Shown here one piece after another: positions 56,791-64,000 of a DNA stretch of 64,000 nt (its first letter is position 1; every line of letters starts with the position of its first letter). The notes beneath the pieces were generated by a model, which saw only the letters and a program-made list of their open reading frames with translations, ran no database searches and was not told the origin of the DNA. The position numbers and the translations under genes are program-made. The stretch comes from an uncultured Clostridia bacterium (GTDB lineage: Bacteria > Bacillota > Clostridia > TANB77 > CAG-508), in assembly GCA_934167095.1 (NCBI GenBank), contig CAKPKE010000003.1, positions 5,533-69,532 on the forward strand, given 5' to 3'.

Positions 56791-56841
56791 ACGAAATGAT
56801 GTATAATATGCATTGTTATGCTTTAAGCAAGGAGAATTGAA

Positions 56842-58701
56842 ATGAGAAACATTAAAGATTTTAAAATACCAAATTTTAAATTTAAAAAAATAAAAATGGA
56901 CGACATTCCAGATGTAGAAAATGTAAATGTAAATTATGAAGATGTAAAAGAAGCAGAAGAAAAGAAAAAAAGTAAAAAAGGTCCTTATGAGATACATGAA
57001 TTTAATACAATAAAAGAAATATTTGAAAATTCTATTAGCAAATATCTAGAAAATACAGTGATTTTGCAAAAGCCAAACCATAAAGAACCATATAAAGAAA
57101 TTACTTATAAACAATTTGGAAATGATGTTAAAGCTTTAGGAACAAAACTTATAAAAATGTTACCTCAAAATCCAAGAGTAGTAATAATAAGCGAAACAAC
57201 GTATGACTGGTATTTGTCATATATGACAATGCTTTGTGGAGCAGGAATTGCAGTTCCAGTAGATAAAGAATTACCATATAATGAATTAGAGAATCTAATA
57301 AATAGATCAAAAGCATCAGCTGTAATATTTTCTTCAAAGAAAAAAGATATTGTTAAAAAAATTGAGGAAAATGTTCCATCAGTAAAATACTTTATTGAAA
57401 TGAACTGTGATGACTTCATTGAAAATAAACATGTAGGAATTAATTATTTAATAAAAGAGGGAAAAGAATTATTAGATAATGGCGATTTTACATATATAAA
57501 TACTCAAATAGACCCAGATGAATTTAAAGTATTAATATTCACATCAGGAACTACATCTGCATCAAAAGGAGTAATGATTAGTAACAGAAATTTGGCATGG
57601 AATGTAAATGCTGCTTGTGCTTATGTACGCCTTAATGAAAATGATAGACTATTTTCTGTCTTGCCATTACATCATACTTATGAATCTACAATAGGATTTT
57701 TATTACCATTTAGCGTTGGTGCATCAGTTGCTATTTGCGAAGGATTAAAATATATAGTTCCTAATATGCAAGAAGCAAAACCTACAGCAATGTTAGCGGT
57801 TCCATTATTAATAGAAAACTTATACAAAAAAATCAATGAAACAATTAAAAAGAGCAAAAAAGATGGAATTGTTAATTCAATGATACATATAACAAACGCA
57901 TTAAGAGCAGTTAATATTGATATAAAAAGAAAAGTTTTTAAAGAGATTCTTGATAATTTAGGAGGAAATTTAAGAATTATAGTATCAGCAGCAGCGCCAA
58001 TTGATGCAAAAATTTGCAAATGGGTTGATGATATAGGAATAAAATTTTTGCAAGGATATGGTCTTACTGAAACAGCACCAATAGCTGCATTAACACCAGA
58101 TTATGTACAATCTCCTTATGCATCTACAGGAATTGCAGTAATAAATACTGAAATAAAAGTAGATAAGCCAAATGAAAATGGAGAAGGAGAATTGCTAATA
58201 AAAGGACCAACAGTAATGCTTGGTTATTATGAAGATGAATTAGCCACAGAAAAAGCTCTTGAAGGAGGATATTTCCATTCAGGAGATATTGGAAAAATAG
58301 ATGAAAATGGATACATATTTATAACAGGAAGAAGCAAAAATGTTATAGTAACACAAAACGGAAAAAATATATATCCAGAAGAAATTGAATTATTATTAGG
58401 TGATATACCAGAAATATCAGAATGCATGGTATATGGTAAAAAAGAATCTGAAGAAGACAAATCTAATAAAGAATTAATAATAACAGCCAAAATAATACCA
58501 AACTATATAAAAATTGAAGAACTTCATGGAAAAAATCTTTCAGACGAAGAAGTTGAAAAAATTATATGGAACAAGGTAAAGGAAGTAAACAAGAAGCTTA
58601 CATCATATAAGGCAGTAAAGAAAATTGAAATTAAAAAAGATGAGTTTGAAAAAACAACAACAATGAAAATAAAAAGATTTGCAGAAATAAATAAAAAATA
58701 A
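56842..58701 (+). CDS. long-chain fatty-acid--CoA ligase (AMP-binding/ANL superfamily)
   Basis: FTSGTTSASKGV (AMP motif) and GYGLTETAP. Confidence 0.85.
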   Translation: MRNIKDFKIPNFKFKKIKMDDIPDVENVNVNYEDVKEAEEKKKSKKGPYEIHEFNTIKEIFENSISKYLENTVILQKPNHKEPYKEITYKQFGNDVKALGTKLIKMLPQNPRVVIISETTYDWYLSYMTMLCGAGIAVPVDKELPYNELENLINRSKASAVIFSSKKKDIVKKIEENVPSVKYFIEMNCDDFIENKHVGINYLIKEGKELLDNGDFTYINTQIDPDEFKVLIFTSGTTSASKGVMISNRNLAWNVNAACAYVRLNENDRLFSVLPLHHTYESTIGFLLPFSVGASVAICEGLKYIVPNMQEAKPTAMLAVPLLIENLYKKINETIKKSKKDGIVNSMIHITNALRAVNIDIKRKVFKEILDNLGGNLRIIVSAAAPIDAKICKWVDDIGIKFLQGYGLTETAPIAALTPDYVQSPYASTGIAVINTEIKVDKPNENGEGELLIKGPTVMLGYYEDELATEKALEGGYFHSGDIGKIDENGYIFITGRSKNVIVTQNGKNIYPEEIELLLGDIPEISECMVYGKKESEEDKSNKELIITAKIIPNYIKIEELHGKNLSDEEVEKIIWNKVKEVNKKLTSYKAVKKIEIKKDEFEKTTTMKIKRFAEINKK

Positions 58702-58708
58702 AAATAAA

Positions 58709-58748
58709 AATACACGGAATAATAAAAATAAAACCGTGTATTTGTTTT
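58709..58748 (+). terminator. intrinsic terminator
   Basis: tacacgg...ccgtgta plus TTTGTTTT. Confidence 0.65.
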
Positions 58749-58893
58749 AATTTATACTTACTGTAACATTTTTGTAACATAATCGCAACCTAAATGAAAA
58801 AATAAAAAGTCTTGCAACTGTTGTAATTTTTTGTAGAATAATATATAATAAATTTAGATTTTAGCGATACATATGAAGAGGAGGAATTTTACA

Positions 58894-59865
58894 ATGTCTA
58901 AGTCTGGCATAGTAAATGTGAGAATGGTCATAACTGAAGAAAAGATTTTATCTAATATTTCTAAAGTACAGAAAATGATAGATCCAAATAGTAAAAAACA
59001 AATAATACAACTAGAAGATGATGCGTACTTTAAAGATTTAGTTGAATCAATAAAAACATACTTAATTGAATATCCAAAAAAGAAGAACTTTCCTAGCAGT
59101 GTATATAAAGCAGCTTATAGTTTAATTGAATTTGCTACAAGTGAATTTGAAGAAAATACAAAGCAAATTGAAGAATTAATAAGACAAAGAGAAAAAAATA
59201 TCTCACTTGCCTCAGAGCTAAAAGAAGCATTAGATGCAGTTCTAAATAAAACAGAAAATTGGAAAGATGTAGTAAAAAAACTACCAGCAGAATTCTCTGA
59301 TGATATAAAAGAAACTTTAGGAGTTTTAGGAAGAGCAAAATCTAAAAAATCACAAAATTATCAAGATGCTCTAAAACTAATAAAAGCTAGAATTGCAAAT
59401 CTTGAATCAAATCTTCACATAGAAATAGATATGGAAAGAATTGAAGACAGATCAAAAGCATTAAGCTATATAGGAATAGAAATTGCAGATGCTTTAAAAT
59501 TAATACCAGCTCCACAAGATATTGAAGCAGTAGAAGAGAATAATTCAAATGTACAAGAGATAGAAGAAGTTGCGCCAGTAAAAGCACAAAAGGTAAAGAA
59601 AGCTAAGAAAGTAAAAGAAGCAAAGAAGGTTAAAACTCAAATAATTCAAGAAACTCCAGAAGTAGAAGAACCAATTCAAGAAATTGCAGAACAACCAATG
59701 ATGGATGAAGATAACTACTATGAAGAAACTAGAGTAGAAGTTAAACCTTCATTATGGCAAAGATTTAAAAATTGCAAGCTTGTAAGAACAATAAGATATA
59801 TAATGAAAATCAGAATTGTATTAGAAGTACCTGCATTACCAAGTGCAGATGAACAAGCAAGATAA
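58894..59865 (+). CDS. hypothetical protein (324 aa), Lys/Glu-rich
   Basis: RBS GAGGAGG. No recognised motif. Confidence 0.5.
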   Translation: MSKSGIVNVRMVITEEKILSNISKVQKMIDPNSKKQIIQLEDDAYFKDLVESIKTYLIEYPKKKNFPSSVYKAAYSLIEFATSEFEENTKQIEELIRQREKNISLASELKEALDAVLNKTENWKDVVKKLPAEFSDDIKETLGVLGRAKSKKSQNYQDALKLIKARIANLESNLHIEIDMERIEDRSKALSYIGIEIADALKLIPAPQDIEAVEENNSNVQEIEEVAPVKAQKVKKAKKVKEAKKVKTQIIQETPEVEEPIQEIAEQPMMDEDNYYEETRVEVKPSLWQRFKNCKLVRTIRYIMKIRIVLEVPALPSADEQAR

Positions 59866-59871
59866 CAAAAG

Positions 59872-59904
59872 AAAAAACTGTATAGATGTAAATCTATGCA
59901 GTTT
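59872..59904 (+). terminator. intrinsic terminator
   Basis: aaaactgtatagat-gtaa-atctatgcagtttt. Confidence 0.65.
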
Positions 59905-60042
59905 TTATGATTTTCTTAATGTTAAAAATGAATAAGTACATAACAAAAACAACATAAAAAATATTTTTTTATATTATCAAATGAAAAGTCAAAAGCATTT
60001 GTGGTACTACAATTGATGTGAAAAAATATATAAAATTAAATA

Positions 60043-60064
60043 AGTGAAAAGTTAAATGCAATTA
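60043..60064 (+). repeat. copy C (first half) of the conserved intergenic element, upstream of the tRNA promoter
   Basis: AAGTGAAAAGTTAAATGCAATT is identical to the first 22 nt of copy A. Confidence 0.5.
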
Positions 60065-60098
60065 TTAATACTCAAATTAAAAAAATTTAAAAAAAGTA

Positions 60099-60127
60099 TT
60101 GACAATAGAAAAACAAGATGGTATACT
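60099..60127 (+). promoter_or_regulatory. tRNA operon promoter TTGACA-17-TATACT
   Basis: ttgacaatagaaaaacaagatggtatact lies about 20 nt upstream of tRNA-Met. Confidence 0.55.
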
Positions 60128-60145
60128 AATCAAGTACTAAGAAAT

Positions 60146-60222
60146 GCTCCCTTAGCTCAGTTGGTCAGAGCAACCGGCTCATAACCGGTGGGTCCAAGGT
60201 TCGAATCCTTGAGGGAGCACCA
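60146..60222 (+). tRNA. tRNA-Met (CAU), elongator-type; could be tRNA-Ile2 if C34 is lysidinylated
   Basis: GCTCCCTTAGCTCAGTTGGTCAGAGCAACCGGCTCATAACCGGTGGGTCCAAGGTTCGAATCCTTGAGGGAGCACCA. Confidence 0.85.
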
Positions 60223-60244
60223 TTTTTATAAATATTATATAAAA

Positions 60245-60330
60245 TGGGCAGATGGTCGAGTGGTTAATGGCACCAGACTGTAAATCTGGCCGCGAGAGCG
60301 TACGATGGTTCGAATCCATCTCTGCCCACC
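60245..60330 (+). tRNA. tRNA-Tyr (GUA)
   Basis: GGGCAGATGGTCGAGTGGTTAATGGCACCAGACTGTAAATCTGG... long variable arm, TTCGAAT T-loop, CCA. Confidence 0.9.
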
Positions 60331-60333
60331 ATG

Positions 60334-60380
60334 AAAAAAGTCGTAGAAATGCTGAGAAATAAGCAAATCTACGACTTTTA
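60334..60380 (+). terminator. terminator after the tRNA pair
   Basis: aaaagtcgtaga...tctacgactttt. Confidence 0.7.
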
Positions 60381-60488
60381 TAATGCGATTTTAACGCAAC
60401 CTAAACAATTAATATGTAATTTTTATTGTAATTTGCATTTTTTAGTGATATTCTATATACAAATCAAAAGAAAAAAGGGGGAATAAAA

Positions 60489-61625
60489 ATGAGGGAACAA
60501 AAGGGTATAACTTTGGTTGCACTTGTTGTAACAATAGTGGTATTATTAATTTTGGCTGCTGTAAGCATAAATTTAGTATTAGGTGAAAATGGTTTAATAA
60601 AAAATGCTAGAGAAGCTAAAAATAAAACTGAAGAGGCTCAAACAAATGAAGTTGGTAAAATTGATAGTATATCATCAGAAATTGATAAATACTTAACAGT
60701 CGTAGATGCTTTTAAACAAGGAAAATTAGTTGCTGGTGACTATGTAAATTATAAAAAGCCAACTAAGGTAGAGGCAACTGGAGAAGGATTTTCTGAAACA
60801 GGATATGTAAGTAAAGCTGAAAGAACAGGAATGACAATAGAAAACAAAAAATCAGCTAATAGTGATCAAACATTTACGCTTTCAAATGCGGGAACTCAAG
60901 TAAATTGGAGAGTGTTAGGATTAAGTGCTGATGGTAATCATCTATTATTAATTTCAGGTAATCCATTAAAAAGAGAAACACTTAATAGCTTAGATGATAC
61001 AGCAGATGTAAAAAATGCATATTTTATGTTTGGTGCTGAAGGATATACTAATATTGAAACAGAACTAAACAATATATGTAGCATATATAAAAATGATCTA
61101 GCTGAAAGTGTAAAAAGCCTAGATATAGAAGAAATTAATAGACTATGTAAAGTAACTGTTGATGTACCTGGAAAACAAGTATTAAATTCAGATGGCGAAA
61201 ACATAGATGACCTAAAAAATATTGGGGAAACAAAAACTTATACAAACCACTATGCAAGTATAGCTGATTTTATGGCAGGAAAAAGAAGTACATTTACGCA
61301 TACTTCTAATAGTTTTATGTATGCTGGAAGTAGAGCAAATAAAAATGCTCCTGCATTGCAAGAACTAATCTTTGGAAATACAGGAACGAGGTTTTATTGG
61401 CTCCCATCAAAAGGTGTAAGAATAAATGATACTAACTGTGATTATAGTGTAGGTAATGTTAGCTATGGTTATGTTTGCTTATTTAATTTTAGTATGATGT
61501 ATTCAGACTCTACAGAAAATGGATGGAGAGCTTATGTAAGACCTGTTGTAACATTAAAATCAAACGTTACTTTAAGTGATATTCAAAAAATAAATACACC
61601 AACAACAGGCGAAACAGATTGGTAA
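60489..61625 (+). CDS. surface protein, paralog 3: prepilin-like N-terminus plus DUF1566-like C-terminus
   Basis: MREQKGITLVALVVTIVVLLILAAVSINLVLGENGLIKNAREAK... C-terminus ...FYWLPSKGVRINDTNCDYSVGNVSYGYVCLF...WRAYVRPVVTLKS. RBS AAGGGGGA. Confidence 0.65.
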   Translation: MREQKGITLVALVVTIVVLLILAAVSINLVLGENGLIKNAREAKNKTEEAQTNEVGKIDSISSEIDKYLTVVDAFKQGKLVAGDYVNYKKPTKVEATGEGFSETGYVSKAERTGMTIENKKSANSDQTFTLSNAGTQVNWRVLGLSADGNHLLLISGNPLKRETLNSLDDTADVKNAYFMFGAEGYTNIETELNNICSIYKNDLAESVKSLDIEEINRLCKVTVDVPGKQVLNSDGENIDDLKNIGETKTYTNHYASIADFMAGKRSTFTHTSNSFMYAGSRANKNAPALQELIFGNTGTRFYWLPSKGVRINDTNCDYSVGNVSYGYVCLFNFSMMYSDSTENGWRAYVRPVVTLKSNVTLSDIQKINTPTTGETDW

Positions 61626-61631
61626 ATTTAA

Positions 61632-61660
61632 TTGACATAAAAGAAAAAAGAATGTATAAT
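61632..61660 (+). promoter_or_regulatory. perfect-consensus sigma-A promoter TTGACA-17-TATAAT
   Basis: ttgacataaaagaaaaaagaatgtataat drives the 73-aa gene. Confidence 0.6.
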
Positions 61661-61726
61661 AATAAAGTACAAGAGTTTTTCTCTTGTGTTGAGAAAATGG
61701 TAAATGCCGTTAAGGAGGTTTTCTAA

Positions 61727-61948
61727 ATGGCAACGCTAACGTTTGCCGAATTGTTAAAGAGAAACCCTGGAGCAAAGCTTCGGTGGGATAACTTTAAAAA
61801 CTGCTTCGTATTGGAATTGGGAATATTTCCAGATATTCCGGAAAAAATGGAATCGTACAAGATCAGTCAATATCCGTTTAAGGAGTATATTGTAGAAGGT
61901 GTTCCTTTGCAACTTTCTGAAAGAATAATGGATGGACTGACTGGCTAA
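61727..61948 (+). CDS. 73-aa hypothetical small protein, GC about 41%, non-host codon usage
   Basis: MATLTFAELLKRNPGAKLRWDNFKNCFVLELGIFPDIPEKMESYKISQYPFKEYIVEGVPLQLSERIMDGLTG. RBS AAGGAGG. Consensus promoter and GC-rich terminator. Confidence 0.55.
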   Translation: MATLTFAELLKRNPGAKLRWDNFKNCFVLELGIFPDIPEKMESYKISQYPFKEYIVEGVPLQLSERIMDGLTG

Positions 61949-61963
61949 TTCGACAAATCAAAA

Positions 61964-62000
61964 AAGTAGCTCTTGGCTTCGGCTGAGAGCTACTACGTTT
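61964..62000 (+). terminator. GC-rich hairpin terminator
   Basis: agtagctcttggc-ttcg-gctgagagctact. Confidence 0.55.
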
Positions 62001-62052
62001 ACTAGGCGTGAGAGAAAACTAAATAAAATACATATTAAGTGTCCTTACGATT

Positions 62053-62757
62053 TTAATTTTCATTATATAATTTTATATTATTTGCTTCTTCTTGAGAAAT
62101 ATATCCATTTTCAACCATTGTAGAAATAACTTTCTTTTGTCTACTAATAGTTAAATTTATATTAGCTTTAGGATTGTAAAGACTAGGGGCGTTTGGAACT
62201 CCTGCTAGCATTGTTGCCTCTGATATAGTCATTTCAGATGGGGCCTTTCCTAAGTAACCTTCTGATGCTTCATAAATTCCATAGTATCCATTACCAAAAT
62301 AAATTGTATTAATATAAATTTCTAATATTTCACCTTTCGAATAGTGTTTTTCTAATTCATAACTCATAATTATCTCGGCAGATTTTCTAGCAATGACATC
62401 TGTTTCTGTTATAAAATATAAATTTTTGGCTGTTTGCTGTGTAATACTGCTTCCACCTTCTTTAAATTCGCCTTGACGAATATTGCTAACTAGGGCTCTG
62501 GCAAGTGCAATGAAATCAACTGCACCATGGTTGTAAAATCTTCTGTCTTCAACTGATACAACAGCATTTAGATAATATTTTGGCACATTATCTAAAGTGA
62601 CAAAATTTTCATTGCTTCGTATCTGCGAAATTTTAGTGTCTAAATCGGTTTCAGATATTTTGGTATCATATAATTTTTTACCAGTTAAATAAAATAAGCT
62701 ACTAACTAATAAAATTAATATCAAAATAATTAATAATATTCTTCTTATAATTTTCAT
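62053..62757 (-). CDS. monofunctional peptidoglycan glycosyltransferase (GT51, MtgA-like)
   Basis: N-terminal TM. SVEDRRFYNHGAVD and GGSSITQQ transglycosylase motifs. Confidence 0.85.
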   Translation of the reverse strand: MKIIRRILLIILILILLVSSLFYLTGKKLYDTKISETDLDTKISQIRSNENFVTLDNVPKYYLNAVVSVEDRRFYNHGAVDFIALARALVSNIRQGEFKEGGSSITQQTAKNLYFITETDVIARKSAEIIMSYELEKHYSKGEILEIYINTIYFGNGYYGIYEASEGYLGKAPSEMTISEATMLAGVPNAPSLYNPKANINLTISRQKKVISTMVENGYISQEEANNIKLYNEN

Positions 62758-62981
62758 AAGTTATCCTTTCAAAACGAAATTTGTAATATTATATCATAAT
62801 ATAAAGAAAAATTAAATTAGAAATAAATAGAAAATTATAATGTATGTAATTTATTAAAATAAATTAATAAAATTTCAAAAATCATTTGACAAATTTATAT
62901 TGTTAATAGATAATATAATAGAAAAAATAGCAAGTAAACAATTAAGATAAAATATAAAAAGAAACTTAGGAGGAAATTAAT

Positions 62982-64000
62982 ATGTACGTTTTTAACAAAA
63001 TTACTGTAACTCCACAATTACCAGCAAAAATAAATAAGCTTAGCACTGTTGCTGACAATTTATGGTGGGCATGGAATACAGATTTTTTAAAACTATTCAA
63101 AAAAATAGATGGAGATTTATGGGAAAAAGTAAATAAAAATCCTGTTAAATTTTTAAAATTAGTATCACAAGAAAGACTTGAAAAGGTAAGCAATGATCAA
63201 GATTTTGTAAAAGAGTATGAAAAAGTAGTAGATAACTTTGAAGACTACATGAATAGCAAAAATACTTGGTTTAAAAAGACTTATCCAGAAAATAGAGATG
63301 ATTTAATTGCATATTTCTCAGCAGAATATGGATTAGACCAGATACTTTCAATTTATTCTGGTGGACTTGGCATTTTATCAGGTGATCACTTAAAATCAGC
63401 AAGTGATTTAGGAATTCCATTAGTTGCAGTAGGTCTTTTATATAAACAAGGATTTATGCATCAAAGAATAGATGCTTATGGTTCACAAAAAGAAGAATAT
63501 ATAGAAAATGATTGGGAAAATCTACCTGTATATCCAGTAAAAGATAGTGAAGGAAAAGACTTAAAAATATACGTAAAAATGCCTTTAGGAAAATTATTCT
63601 TAAAAGTATGGAAAATTGCAGTAGGAAGAGTAAATCTATATCTATTAGATTCTGATGTAGAAGAAAACTTACCAGAATATAGATCTATTACATCTACATT
63701 ATATGGTGGAAATCAAGAAACAAGAATAAGACAAGAAATTGTTTTAGGAATGGCAGGAACAAGTCTTCTAAGAGTACTTGGATTAAATCCTACAGTTTAC
63801 CACATGAATGAAGGTCATTCAGCATTCTTAATATTAGAATTAATAAAAAACACAATAAAAGAAAAGCAAGTATCTTTTGAAATGGCAAAAGATATAGTTG
63901 CATCAAAAACAGTATTTACAACACATACACCAGTTCCAGCAGGAAATGATATATTCCCAACATCACTTGTAGAACAATATTTTGATGGTTTCTGGAACAG
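62982..64000 (+). CDS. alpha-glucan (glycogen/maltodextrin) phosphorylase, 5' part (runs off window)
   Basis: RBS GGAGGA. ...YFSAEYGLDQILSIYSGGLGILSGDHLKSASDLGIPLVAVGLLYKQGF... is the GT35/GlgP signature. No stop codon before the window end. Confidence 0.8.
   Translation, partial: MYVFNKITVTPQLPAKINKLSTVADNLWWAWNTDFLKLFKKIDGDLWEKVNKNPVKFLKLVSQERLEKVSNDQDFVKEYEKVVDNFEDYMNSKNTWFKKTYPENRDDLIAYFSAEYGLDQILSIYSGGLGILSGDHLKSASDLGIPLVAVGLLYKQGFMHQRIDAYGSQKEEYIENDWENLPVYPVKDSEGKDLKIYVKMPLGKLFLKVWKIAVGRVNLYLLDSDVEENLPEYRSITSTLYGGNQETRIRQEIVLGMAGTSLLRVLGLNPTVYHMNEGHSAFLILELIKNTIKEKQVSFEMAKDIVASKTVFTTHTPVPAGNDIFPTSLVEQYFDGFWN

Noticed and set aside
62966-63193. 75-aa minus-strand ORF
   Set aside because: It lies entirely within the plus-strand glycogen phosphorylase gene, which has a strong RBS and family signature. 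Shadow ORF.

Overview
This is an AT-rich (about 27-28% GC) chromosomal window from a low-GC, Gram-positive, endospore-forming Firmicute, most likely a Clostridium-type organism. Gene density is high and most genes are housekeeping or sporulation genes on both strands. Housekeeping genes: rplJ (3' end), rplL, plsX, RNase J, gltX, engB, serS, glmS, uvrC, recO, era, pth, an RNase E/G homologue, rplU-rpmA, trpS, obg, lexA, mreB and a partial alpha-glucan phosphorylase. Sporulation genes: bofA, pdaA, yqfC, yqfD, splB. RNA features read directly from the sequence: tRNA-Cys(GCA), tRNA-Gly(GCC), a tRNA-Met(CAU)/tRNA-Tyr(GUA) pair, a glmS ribozyme in the glmS leader, an L21-leader-like region before rplU, many intrinsic terminators, and a candidate LexA box overlapping the lexA promoter. 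Accessory content: (1) A complete agr-type quorum-sensing locus. agrB and a 39-codon agrD that is absent from the ORF track are convergent with an AgrC-like histidine kinase and a LytTR-family response regulator. A strongly expressed 63-aa gene is transcribed divergently from agrB. (2) Four paralogous genes (one frameshifted) encode surface proteins that share an almost identical prepilin-like N-terminus lacking the usual Glu at +5. Their C-terminal domains differ: FGE/DUF1566-like or GLUG repeats. (3) A candidate type I toxin-antitoxin module: a 37-aa hydrophobic peptide faced by a near-consensus antisense promoter and a bidirectional terminator. (4) An AbrB/PIN type II toxin-antitoxin pair with a ribbon-helix-helix gene. 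(5) Three or four small, strongly expressed genes whose GC content (about 40-50%) and codon usage are foreign to the host. (6) A roughly 38-nt intergenic sequence present in three copies. (7) A 719-aa protein with a sigma-70 region-4 helix-turn-helix and three RNA-polymerase alpha-CTD-like repeats. There is no CRISPR array, insertion sequence or prophage. rplJ-rplL is not followed by rpoBC here, and rplU-rpmA lacks the Prp protease gene.
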